Below, piece after piece: positions 22,231 to 34,080 of a stretch of DNA of 64,000 nucleotides. The translations under genes and the position numbers were made by a program. Origin of the DNA: Haplodiscus bocki (taxonomy: Eukaryota); NCBI GenBank assembly GCA_965655095.1, contig OZ296652.1:100316001-100380000 (forward strand). The letters run 5' to 3'. Positions within the stretch are counted from its first letter, which is position 1. Every line of letters starts with the position of its first letter. The notes beneath the pieces are model-generated. The model made no database searches. It was given only the letters and a program-made list of their open reading frames with translations, and was not told the DNA's origin.

Positions 22231-22548
22231 AAATTGTTATCTTGGCTCGCAAATTCATTCTTTGGCTATGTCATGTTTTTTAAAACTTTCGCAAGATTTA
22301 TCATTTTTGAAAAAATAGCAAAAATTCAGTTATTGCAATAATTTAATGGTAATCCTCCTCAACATAAATTATTTATGGGCGGATATTTTCCATACATTAG
22401 CGCCAACGAAATATTAATCAACAAATCGAATAAGTATAACAGACTTCTAAAGGGGCTACGGTACTAAGAGAAACACTTGAAAAATTAAACAGAAAATTAT
22501 TTAACTCAGTTAATTCTTCTAAACTTGACAAGTTACAAGTGACACAAG

Positions 22549-23075
22549 TGTAGAACGTAAAGCAGCTATAGCATTTAATTCGCTTTAAATTTGATCAAAA
22601 CAAACCTATCCGCTGGAAAAAAAGTCACGTGAACAAGGTTTTGCAATTGAGCGAGAGCGCATGAAGAAAATCTAGGCAGACATGCCAGTTGTGAACATGA
22701 GCGGATCAGATAAAAAAGGAGCCTGTGGTATGAGACTTGCTTGCACAAGTGTAATTTATTGCAATTAATATTTCGCAACCCATGTTTAGGAGACCTGTGA
22801 AGATTGTAGCTGGTAGGAGGTAATGTTGATATCGGCACGAAGCGGTGAAACATAGGACATATAGAAGTTGAAACGGAGTGGCCCTAATACTGAGCACTGA
22901 GGGACTCCAGTTCTGGTGATCCGGGAGCTAGAAACGGTGTTCTTGAAACTAGTTTGAGCTTCACATCCGTGTAGAGTGTAACAACAGCCTTAAGGACCAT
23001 TCCGTCCCGGACAGTGATTGATGTTGAACAATAACAGTAACAAGTACTGTCGTAAAAAAATAACACATCAATACA
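22549..23075. mobile_element. Possible solo LTR
   Basis: Non-coding block bounded by TGTAG...ATACA, with higher GC than its flanks and a TATA-like CATATAGAAG. No target-site duplication found. Confidence 0.3.
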
Positions 23076-23769
23076 TAATCCTTTTATCAGTGCATATTTG
23101 CGAAACTATTTAGGCGCTGCACAATTCAATGCTTCTCCACTAAATTGTGTTGTACTTCACATTTATAGCCCCCTGCATTTTGTGTTTTACTTACATATAC
23201 ACTTCTTGTAAATTCAACATTTATCTTCGCATACTCACTCTCACTAATTTTCATATCATTCTGGACCCTAGTACAACCAGACCCTTGTCCTTCCATGCCC
23301 GTAATCTAATTATAAAAACTGAAATAAATTCAATTTCGACCCGAGTTACTAATCCCGACCAGTATCGAATTTGCATTGCAATTCACGAAACAGACAAATC
23401 ATCATAACCAGATTGCAAACAGTTGCCCTTTTCTTCAGCAAATACAACTCTCAGAACCAGTCCACAACCCACTGCCCTTCTTGAGGAAGCCAAATTTTCT
23501 CCCACTGTTGTAAAAGACTATGTAAGTTTTGTATAACGCTTCTTGGCTCTTTTTGAAAATGTCTTTTTTTAAATAAGACTCATTCCCAAAAACATTTTCA
23601 CTTGAGATTTCCCACCCGTAACTTAACTCAATACAATCACTACAGCATTTTGAGAAATTACTGAAAACCCTTAACTCCCTTAGTCTTCCTTCGCATCCCG
23701 TAATATTCAAGTTCCAAACCAGCGAACTTCCTCAAAGCATACAATAGGTTGAGAGCCATCTGAGGAGGT

Positions 23770-23965
23770 AGGTAACCAGGCACTCCAGTATCGGTGCCAT
23801 GAGAGAGCATGGCGTCATGGCTGACCATATCGAAGGTGTTGCCGAAATCTAGTGCGACTAGAATGATTCTATTCAGTGGTTTTTGTTGCAATTGACAGCT
23901 AAGTCCTCGCTGATCTCATTGAGCGCCGTTGCCGTGGAGTGCCGCCATCTGTAGCCTTGCGGGAA
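23770..23965 (-). mobile_element. Non-LTR reverse transcriptase fragment
   Basis: QGYRWRHSTATAL...QQKPLNRIILVALDFGNTFDMVSH corresponds to the Q.GFR...ST..AL and LD..KAFD.V.H motifs of LINE RT. Confidence 0.65.
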
Positions 23966-25041
23966 ACCACTTGGTCTAAGATGTTCTAACCTTTTTTAGC
24001 AGGAGCCAAATCTCATCTATACGGAAGCAGAGCGTCATTATCCCCTTCCCAAAACCAACCAATAGCCCTAAGTAATACAGACCCATTTCATTGCTCTGCC
24101 CTTGCAGCAAACTCTTAGATAAACTGCTTGCCCACAGACTGGTGACACACCTGCCAAATGTTTCACAAATGGTTTAGACCGTTTACATCAGAATCTCTTT
24201 TGACGTCAAAAAATCAAGTTTTGGACAAGATAAAACTGGGCGGGCCTTAGACAGGGTCAATACACATTCTTCGTTTGAGTCAGAATGTCTAAAATTGGCA
24301 AAGCACAGGAAAATGCCATTTCCTAGCGTTTGGAGAAGATCTCAATTGTAAAGTTGATAAAATTCTGTCACTGGAGTGATTCTGCACTAAAATTTCTGTT
24401 ACTTTTAGGCGGGACTGTAGCTTAAAGAACCCTTGACCAGCTGATCTGATTATCAAACTAGTTCAAATTACAATTTTCCGAAATATTTATGAATATTCCA
24501 ATCAAGACGGCCGGCTACCACCAGCTTATTTTCAGCCCTCCAATTTTGTTAAAAATGCGTTTTGAAAGGATGCAAAAGTTTTTTGTCCCAAAAAAAGTTC
24601 TTCATATAATTTCTAATTTTTCCATTTTAAATTTAAATTTTTGCAAGAAAAGCTAAACAATTAGGGTTGCAAAGACATTTTTAAGATATAATATCATTTG
24701 ATATGCATTCTGCAGCAAATTAGCTAGCTTTAACGATTTTGAAGAAATTCCCGTTTTTTTTCGGAAAAAAAATCCATTTTTTTTCAAAAAAAAGCCCAAA
24801 TTTAGTACGTTACGAGAAATCTTACTATTTCAGTCGCATTCTGCGGCAAATTTGTTATAATTTGGCGATAAAAAATTTGAAAAAAAAACAGAATCTGGGC
24901 ATTTGTTCAGACAATTGGCAAGTAAACGTAAAACGCACCCTTTGAGTGGATGATTTTCCTTCCATACATATGGGCGGAAAATAATGAAGCTATAAGAGAA
25001 TGATAGTTTTGCGTCAAGTAGTAAATGCATTTTACAGCATA

Positions 25042-25422
25042 CCGTAAAACCTGTAATTGAAGGCCACCCTAGCGAGGAGATTGAAAAATAGAAGGCCACC
25101 CTGTATTTGAAGGCCATCCTAGGACGTGACTTGATCGAAAGATCGTTTGTGGGATGTGGACTTACCATTGCCCTGGATGGGTCAGAAAACCACAAAACTC
25201 ATTGGTTTAAGCCGGAGGGCGAGATTCCGAATGGATGCGCATCTCTTCGAGTGTTTCAACTGATTTGAAACATTTGAAGTAGTTATGAAATTCAAATTTT
25301 TTAGACCTAAAGAAACCGAAAATTGATGGTTGAAAAATAGAAGGCCACCCTTTAATTGAAGGCCACCCTAGCGAGGAGGTTGAAAAATAGAAGGCCATGG
25401 CCTTCAATAACAGGTTTTACGG
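25042..25422. mobile_element. MITE (Tc1/mariner-pogo type), 381 bp
   Basis: 25-bp terminal inverted repeats CCGTAAAACCTGT(A/T)ATTGAAGGCCA with one mismatch, flanked by TA on both sides. Multiple internal GAAGGCCA(CCC) subterminal repeats. Confidence 0.85.
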
Positions 25423-25596
25423 TAAATAATTCTCAAACATGTTTTAGTCAAGACTTGGCCTTCCTTCAACGAATGACCTTTTCTTCACTTTTCTTGCGAC
25501 TGCATCTTTTTCTGACTTTTCCACGTCAATCTAACCTATCTAGCAGCTATCACCCAAACCAGTATGGCTGCATTCATCTCACCATGCCAAACTCGT

Positions 25597-26001
25597 TTAT
25601 TCATCTTTGTTTAAAGGTGGTCTGACTTGGCTGTTTTTGATAATACTGTCAGTAAGCCACGCAGTTGCATCCTCCAGACCCTGTCCGTGAAGTGCTGAAA
25701 CTCCTCTCACAGAACAATCCCTTTTGCCCATTTTTGCAGCAGCGTCACTGAAAGCTTCTCTGATTTGGTTCACAGTTAAACAATCCTGCATGTCTTGTTT
25801 ATTGCACAGAAACAGAAGCGGAACTCCCATCAAATGTTGGTTCTGTATCATTTTTTCAAAAGCTACCCGTGAGTCATCAACTCGATTTTCATCCAAAGAA
25901 TCTACCACGTACACAATGCCATGACACTCGGAGTAGTACTTGTCCCACAAACTCTGGAGCTCGTCCTGGCCGCCGAGGTCCCAAAACAAAAGGTCAACGC
26001 C
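25597..26001 (-). CDS. ARFRP1: ADP-ribosylation factor-related protein 1, exon 2
   Basis: After acceptor ttcag|, it reads GVDLLFWDLGGQDELQSLWDKYYSECHGIVYVVDS...NKQD...SAL (G3, G4 and G5 boxes) to the stop. It joins exon 1 in phase 0 to give 201 aa. Confidence 0.95.
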   Translation of the reverse strand, partial: GVDLLFWDLGGQDELQSLWDKYYSECHGIVYVVDSLDENRVDDSRVAFEKMIQNQHLMGVPLLFLCNKQDMQDCLTVNQIREAFSDAAAKMGKRDCSVRGVSALHGQGLEDATAWLTDSIIKNSQVRPPLNKDE

Positions 26002-26177
26002 CTGAATTGCAGAACAACAGAAATAATTTGAAACAGTTACAACGAGCATGACATGCCAAAAGTTGAAAAATCAACTGCAAAAATGTACCTCATCTCAAAG
26101 CAGCAGCGATTCAATTCTCAAATGAATAACCACTTTTGTTGGTATGATTGTAAATAGGCATGCTAACGACAGCTTAC

Positions 26178-26378
26178 CATATGAGTTATCTTTCCGATGT
26201 TAAGACCAATAGTGGCAGTTATTTTATGGAACGGCTTTCCAGAGTAACCAGGCGTAAACTTTATCTTAGTGTGCTCCAACAGAGTCGTCTTTCCTGCATT
26301 GTCCAGACCCAGAATCAAAATGTTATACTCTTCTCTCTTCAACATGTACCGCACAAATCCCGACATCAACGTATACAT
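26178..26378 (-). CDS. ARFRP1: ADP-ribosylation factor-related protein 1, exon 1
   Basis: MYTLMSG...ILILGLDNAGKTT...ITATIGLNIG matches the distinctive ARFRP1 N-terminus (MYTL.SG) and P-loop. Donor ATG|GTAAGC at 26177; intron 26002-26177. Confidence 0.95.
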
Positions 26379-28370
26379 GCTTCTAACTGAAAATCAAAAA
26401 GTTCAAATTTAGTTGCTAACTAAATCACAAATTATGAAATCAAAAAGGTATTTGACTACGGCTTATTCTTTTTTGCACTAGTATGGCTACAGTACGCACG
26501 GTCCTTATCTGTAGACAGTTACTAGTTATAGACATTGAAAAAAGCCGAATGATTTCTTTCATGGTATTGCTGCTTTTGTGTTATTTATCAAGATATCATT
26601 TCAGACCAGAAGATATCAATTTCGACTTTTGAAACAAGAGTTCCCTAATCTTCAACCTCTTAAATAGGATCGAAACTTTCCATAGAAGGAATCTCAGAAT
26701 GATTGAAAATTTAAAAAGATTACATATACAAGTCATTTCAAGTTTTGAGTCGGCGCTTAATCTAGTAAAAATTCTGAGAATTACAGTTTTTTGTAAGAGA
26801 CAATTTTCTCACTTCTAACGATCCATTTTTACAATCTTACAATTTTGGTCAAATTGAGGGTCTTGATCGTACGAATTAAACCATAGCTTCTAAAACTTCA
26901 AAAATCGAAAAAAAAACCGTAATACCCCTCCTCCCTGCATATACTGGACATTTTTTGGAAAAGCAAAAACGGAAACAGTTAATGTTACCCCATCTTTGCA
27001 AAAACCGGGAAATTTTTGAACGACAAGCACCGAAAGAATCGTGATACCCCCTCTCATCCCTCACTTCTACCAGCATGTTTTTTGCCTGAGGTAAATAACC
27101 ACCTTAAAAAGATTATACGTCAACTACACGAAGTGATTATACTTGACGTTTCGTTGTTGAAAGTAGGATAATCGAATTAAGATACACTCTCAGTTAGCAA
27201 AAGCCCTCTAGTGTCTGCCCAAAAATTCAAAAATAAATTATAAAACATAGGAAATTCAGACATTCAGCATACATGTATATTAACAGCTTTCAATGCTGCA
27301 CTGAGCAATTGCTCATGTTTCGGAAAATGCATATATCACATAAAATATTTCGCTTGTCTATTTTTCCACCACTGCCATTTCAGGGTTTCTAGTATTACTT
27401 TTTATATCATGGACGCGGCGACCGTTATTCCATTATTTGTTCATAAGCGACGCCGAGTTCTTAATATCAACTTACTTTAACTACTTCAGCCGAAAATTGA
27501 GGTAAAATTGGAAAATGTCTGTTGCATGTAAAATAGTTTCACTTGCAGCTTAACACTTGAAAAAATTCAGCGATTTGTTATTATTCACATTTTGCAAGTA
27601 GCTTATAAAACCCCACGAAATTTCATCAAAAAAAAACTTGGAAAAATTCAAAGAAACACAAATTTTATGCATGAAAAACGTTATATGAATCATTGAAAAT
27701 CACCCAAAAAGTGTTATGTAACATACAAAATCACAAAAATTCCATGCAACCTTCACTAGGGTTGTTGATATATGCTATCAATTAATTGCTCAAGTGAGGA
27801 TTGTGTATATTTTTCCTAATTTCAGTTTTGTAAAATTTTTCAGAATGCATAGATTGAGGTCATTCATACCCTCTGGAGTGAAAAGTAATGAACTCATCTC
27901 CATCAATTTCATAGTTGCTAGATATTCAAGCGATTTCAGAATTATTTCATTAGCAGCGTGGCTATTTCTGCTCAGGATAGGCTTTTAAAACAAATTAGAA
28001 ATCTTTGACACCAGAGCAATATTTAGAAGCTTTATCACATCATTTCCAGGCGCTTGTATTCGAATAGATCAATCAATTCTAGGTCAAGATTGGAAAAGGA
28101 AAAACTCAGACACCGAACTTTTATTTCCTGATTGCATTTGACAAAATGGATGACATTTATCATAATCAACAGCCGGAAATTTCACTTGAAATTGACATGA
28201 ATAAATTACAAGACAATACAGACATCCAATAATTGAGAGAAGCAGCATTATAAGAGTAAAATTGCGAATTGAGCAACTACGGAATTTGGTACTGACGAAT
28301 AAACAGATTCTCAAGTCCCTAGTGGACGCGAGGCCGGGGTAAATTCCCTTGATTTTTTCTTTCAGGTCTT

Positions 28371-28763
28371 TCACTCAAAGAATGTCTGTAATTCCTTCAC
28401 AATTCCTCTTAGAAGTGGGGCAGATAGTTTCTTGACTGAAAGCGATAGCATAAGTTTCTTCTTCGCGCGGAAATGTTTGAAAAAACAAAGTGAAATATTT
28501 TTTGTAGCCGTCAACAGAAAGGAGTCCTCGGGCCCCAAAAGCACTGAAAACTGCAAGGCTGCCTCCAAAGATCCGTCAGCACGAACTACGATTTGATCCA
28601 CAAGATCGAGTCGATCTACGGAAATCAAAGACCCAATCTTGCCATTCTCCGATACCAATAGGAAGGGTTGATCACTGAAGTGAATAAGGTGAAAGTCGAG
28701 AGCAGTGTCCTCAACAATAACTGCCGCACTTTTGTCTGCGATCAACATTCTCCTCTGAAACAT
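28371..28763 (-). CDS. PSMG3: Proteasome assembly chaperone 3 (PAC3), intronless CDS
   Basis: 130 aa. FSDQPFLLVSENGKIGSLISV, VLLGPED.....KNI and KLMLSLSVK parallel the PAC3 motifs FS..ILV.VTQ.GKMG.LV, VLLG.D.......KN and LL...VK. Confidence 0.85.
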   Translation of the reverse strand: MFQRRMLIADKSAAVIVEDTALDFHLIHFSDQPFLLVSENGKIGSLISVDRLDLVDQIVVRADGSLEAALQFSVLLGPEDSFLLTATKNISLCFFKHFRAKKKLMLSLSVKKLSAPLLRGIVKELQTFFE

Positions 28764-30091
28764 GTACTTTGACCCAGCGTTTAATGGAAACGGTTCCTCA
28801 AAGGCAACTGTCCTTCTTCGATACTAGTGAAGTCGAGTAAATTGGGAAACAGGTCGGCTACATTTCAAAATTTTATTTATTTCTTGTAAAAAATTTTTAG
28901 AACAATTCCAAAACATAATTTTGCTATGGTACAGTACTGTCGGAAAATATTCTGATGATTTTGTGAAATATGTTCAAGACAGCACTAATTTATGCCCGAT
29001 ACCCAAAAACAACCGAAAATCATAACTAGTGGCTGGATAAAATCCCAAGACTTTTATCTAGTTTATAAAGATGTTTGTTTGAGAACGCTAGGATCGCTAT
29101 TACGGTAGTTTGAAAACTTTATAGTTTCATGATTTAACATAAGGATTTCGATTTGTATCATCGTATACACTCAAACTCAAGTACCTCAAACTCCACCACA
29201 CAAATGTCAACATTTATTTCACTCGCCAGATGCCCATCACCTACTGATAACACTCCAAAGTTTTTTAACGCTAATGACTACACTGCAAAAAAAATCAAAA
29301 ATCGTTGAGAAAAAATTTCAGTACAAGTCTCAATTAAACTGTTGATATTATAACTTCATCACGACCTTCTGTAGTTTAGATAGGGGTCTAATTAACATAA
29401 TATGGTAAAATATGGACGTTTCAAGGCAGCGAAAATAAAAGGCAAAAAATGGCCAGAGTCGACGCTACTCGGGAACCTAACTACTTGAGAGACTTCAATG
29501 TTTTGAACAGTTTTGCTTTTCTCTCAACGAAAACCTAGTATACATACCAAAGTATGGTAATCCCTCTCGTCGAATTGTCGAGCTCAACGTACAATCGAGT
29601 TTGGCGATTACTATCAATTACTACAGACAAGAAGCATGCCTGGAAAGTTGGTGAAAGTGGCGAATAATCGAGGAGTGAATGACGGATGTTAGAAAAATTT
29701 TTGTTCTGGGAATACAATAGAAAAGCAAAAGGCAGCCAACAAGCATGCCTATTAAGAGGCCGATAATCGGTGAAAAAAAGGGGAGTATCACGACGCTTAT
29801 TTTGCCTTCCGAAACTGTTTCCGGTACATGCAAGGGAGTATCACGAACTTTTTGGTATTCACGATTTCAACAAGTGCTTTTCGCGTACTATATCATTATG
29901 AAATTAAAATTTTAGAATCTCAGAAATTTCCACGTAAAAATATAAAAAACTCTTCAGTTTAGAAGCTTTTAAGTTTTGTCTTGAACTATTTTCCCAATAT
30001 AGAGTCAGAATTTTTTCTGACAGAACAGTACCATCTTCATCTCTTGCTTATATAATGAATTTCACAATGAAAAGTTTTTCCTGTGCCTAAA

Positions 30092-30175
30092 CCTTCTTCA
30101 TGGCCTAGAAGGTTGGACAAAGGAGTTCGAAGCCTTAGGCTGTGAGTTTGAATCCCAGCATACGCTACTTTTTTA
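30092..30175 (+). repeat. tRNA-derived SINE head / tRNA pseudogene (Arg-like)
   Basis: A-box-like TGGCCTAGAAGG, TTCGAA loop, B-box-like GAGTTTGAATCCC, then a T-run. The acceptor stem does not pair. Confidence 0.5.
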
Positions 30176-31366
30176 ACCTTTTCCTACAAACATAAAATCA
30201 ATATTCTCCTTACCCTTTATTCAATCGCCAAAATAATTCAAAAAGCCGGGTCCTTCTGCAACACGAGAGCAGTCGAATCGCTTCAAAACTCAGTGAAAGA
30301 TTTCTACTTCGGTATTTACCTACATTGTAACCAACAACCAATGAAGTTGATTTTCGCTCTCTTGAGATGTTCGATTCTTTGCGTATGTACGCTCGGTCAA
30401 TCCGCAGGATGAACAGCCCTGTCGAATACGTCTTGAATGCCATCGCTCAAAAGGCCAATTTTTGATAGATTAGGCGCGCCACTTTGGGTTACCTTTTTGA
30501 AAGCATATTTTGCGTTTTAATCTGAACTCGTGATTCCTTCAGTAGTCACTCAAGCAAATCTATAGAATAACACAAACGCGAAGCTGCGCTTTGCAACACT
30601 TACACCACCATATACTAATGAACACTTAATATTTAATATAACTGGTTTTTGAAGTGGCCACGATACTATGAATACTACTGATAACAAGTGTAGAGACTCA
30701 GTTAATTCTTCTACATTTAAATATAAGTAAGAAAAGCTATATTTCTTTCGCTTGATATCTCAAAAAAATACTGGGTCTGAAGCTGCAATGGCACAGTCAG
30801 TAGAGCAAGCGACTGCGGCACAGGAAACTCCCTCCGCTCTTTAGTAGGAACTTGTGCGAGTTGTGAATGGAGCGGGGAAAAAGAACTCAGACGCACGTGA
30901 TATAAAACTTGCTTTAACAAGTGTAACCAAAAATAACTAATACTTCATTCTTGCGGAATGGTTTCCATTACCACATGAAAATCACTCATCCAACAATCAA
31001 TTACTTACACGAATGCCAATCGAAACAAGCAGAATGCAGTTAACAAATTTTCATTTCGCAAAATTTATCGTGAAATCCTTATATAGTTATTTTTCTTGGC
31101 AAAATTCCGGGTTTTCTTGAAAAGGATCGCATTTTTTTGAACATTTAAAGTCAATTTTTGAACAGTTTTCGCAAGTTTTCTTTCAGAATAACAATTTTTC
31201 CAGGTTTCTTGCCTATTTTGGACGGCCCAAAATATCCCAGAGTTTGCCGGGTATCTGTCTTGTTTTTAGCCCGCGCATCAGTACAATAATGTGAAAAAGA
31301 GAGGCACCTTTGGGCCGTGCCTTTCGACACTTAAGATTTTCATTCTTCCCTCTTTCCACAAAAAAA

Positions 31367-32970
31367 TCAAAAACCCCTAACTTGAATGAGACTGATGGCC
31401 CCAATTAGGGAAAAAATCACTGGCTGAATACGTTCGAAACTCAAGGAAGTGCAAGTTTCAGCTGACAAAGGTCCGTATAATCGGGAAGTGGCCTTTGTTG
31501 CTCCCACGTCGATAATTTCGTTGTCCTTCAAATATTTCTTCACGAGAGGTTTCACCAAGGAAAAACAGATGTCTTCAACGAAACTGAAAATTTCGCAATC
31601 AGATTTTGTGGAAGTTAATTTGTGCTGTGGTGATAGCATTGGTGAGATACGAAGTTGAGAGAGGAGAGTTCTTGAGATATAAAAACGTGATTCCAATGGT
31701 GTAAAGCTTCTCTCTTTCATTGCGTAGCATGCAACGTTGTTTTCGAACAAACTCCTAATAGCTTTCTCAAGCATTTGACACAGTGAAGTATTTTTAGAAA
31801 GGACGGCGAATATTGAATTTGAAAGATTTCCGTTGATTCTTGGAAGATCTTCAAAACTGATTTAAGGTCTTTCAAGAATGTGGTCTCATCCTTCTTTAAA
31901 AAGAGGTCGCTGCTTTTGATTGACACCAAAGCGTTGTCAATGACATCAATTTCATCTAATATCCCTTCTATCATAAGTAACGAAGAGTTCCAACGCACAT
32001 CAGTGGGAGAATGTATTTTCTTTGATAACTTCGAAGCAAATACAGGAGATTTGTGCGAAAGTCCTGCGATTTTCTTTCACTTGGAAATTGAATTGTTGAA
32101 TCGACTGTAAGATTTTCCCTATCTGAGGACATCGAGAACAACCAGTTGCATGAGATGCGCTGTACACCCGTGCCATGGAACAGCTTCGTTGATACAATGT
32201 GGATTCCCATTTATCTCGAAGTCCTCTTATGCCTCAACCGAAAGTATTGAAGCTTCATCAATTTCAAGATCGTTTGTCGTCTCCAATACATTTTCTTCAA
32301 ATGCGCCCGACAGTCGTCTGTGCAAATAATAAAAAAGGCTTATATGGAAAACCGATTTTCTGAAATTGCTCCAACAGGTTGGTTTCAATGTCCTCTGCTG
32401 TTGCCTTTCCACGCAATTCATCAAAAATTAACATGTTTCTGAATCAATCAGATATCATACATCCCATACAATTTCTAGTATCGCGACCTATTCAAAGACC
32501 TAAAGATATGCTGTACTTTGAGCGGCATTTTTTCTTCCCTGGCACGTCTTCTATAACCTTCTGAAAGTTTTTCCAAAACAGCAAAGATAGTTTTGTATCC
32601 GGTCGGTGCATAATTTGATTGGATATCCTTCAAAACTTCTCCAAATGCAATATTTTCCGAAGAAATGGAGTGGCAGCCCGCAGTCTCCAATTAAATTGCG
32701 AACTATAGATTCCGTGATCAACTGCTGCTTGTCAAATGGCTTGGGTTTTGTCAGCGCCAAAATTCCGTCTTGAATTTCCAACAGTAAGTTTCCAGCACTC
32801 CTATTGTCCGTAAGCTTCTTGAATTCTTCGAGGTGCATTGCAGTATTAGGTGTTTTTAAAGAAGTTTTGCCGTTTTTCGAATATTCAATGTCCGTAACGC
32901 ACAATTTGCACTCTGCAGTTAACAGAAAGAAATTCTTTTCTGAGAATAATACAGTTTAATCTAGACCCAT
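31367..32970 (-). pseudogene. hAT (Ac/ZBED-like) transposase, disrupted
   Basis: BED-finger-like AECKLC...TAMHL, then LIGDCGLPLHF, a CISCNWL (C-x-x-H-like) region, the VRWNSSLLMI (TRWNS) motif and LKDLKSVLKIFQESTEIFQ. Multiple frameshifts. Confidence 0.75.
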
Positions 32971-33435
32971 TTCAATCAAAAAAATTACTAGTATTGAGCA
33001 GGGTGGAACTGAAATTTCAAACAGAATATTTACTCAGCAGTAGAATAAATGAAACAAATTCCACATCAGTCCAGTAGAATGAAGCAGCAGACGACACGAA
33101 GCAAATTCCACGTTAGCACAGGAGAATATTTGAAGAACTTGATTGAGGTCAGAAAACTCTCAAAGCCGAGATAATTTACTAGCGAATCAAAATTAAGCAA
33201 AGTTATTCGCTAGTAGCGTCGCTAATACTTATTTCATTCGCTAATTGCGATCACTTTCAGCAGCTGACAAGTTTCCGCAAATAAAGTCGCTACCGCTATC
33301 GTTAACACAACTCCGCTACAGATAGCAAGTGCACAGATACTCGGTTAATTCGTGTACATTTATATACAAGTAAAAAGCGCTATCACATTAATATTTCATT
33401 TGCATCGTAATTTAAATAAAAACACTACCTCTCAA

Positions 33436-33520
33436 GCGACAATGGCACACTCAGTAAAGGATAGGTCTACGGGAAAGAAAGGTCGCATGTTCGAGGTTGG
33501 GCCAGTCCCTCTTCTTTGGT
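33436..33520 (+). repeat. tRNA-derived SINE head
   Basis: A-box-like TGGCACACTCAG, CTACGGG loop and B-box-like GTTCGAGG. No intact cloverleaf. Confidence 0.4.
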
Positions 33521-34080
33521 CAAAACATAGGAGCTCGTGTCAGTTGTAAATATATCTGACAGTGTAAGTGTAAATAAAGCACACACCTTGTAACCGCTGA
33601 AGATTCAGTTTTATAATGCAAACGTTTTTCCTGAGATTGGCCCACCAGTAAGAGTAGAAGAGAGCACGACAACTACAGTACATTATTTTTTTTTCTAGAC
33701 AGAAAAGTCACACTGTGTAGCAAGTTTCTTCTTTTCACAAATTCTTTCAGTACAATCAATCATGAAGGTATCAGAAACCAGCATACCAGGAATATAAAGC
33801 TTACATACACTAGCAAAAGAATTCGCAGAGGCTGCGACCAATTTTTCTCACGAAAAGTTGACCAATACGCCAAAGAATTGGGATACCCGTTCGCATAAAT
33901 CAACTTTTGAAAACTAGGTCACTGACGGGGGACACAAACAATGAAGCTAGAGTCTATTTTTTTCAAGAGTTTCAGAAAAAAACAGGCCAGATTTCCACGA
34001 AAGATGGGACCGCTTCCCTCCTCAGATGAAAACAAAACAGCACTAATATCATGCTCTGGGCCCAAAAAGCGGAAAAAGTT

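Noticed and set aside
25597-26049. 150-aa ORF as a complete gene starting MLVVTVS
   Set aside because: The first 16 codons are intron sequence; the real frame is ARFRP1 exon 2.
30092-33520. Functional tRNA genes at ~30092 and ~33436
   Set aside because: A/B-box-like motifs are present but acceptor and T stems do not pair, so they are treated as SINE heads or pseudogenes.
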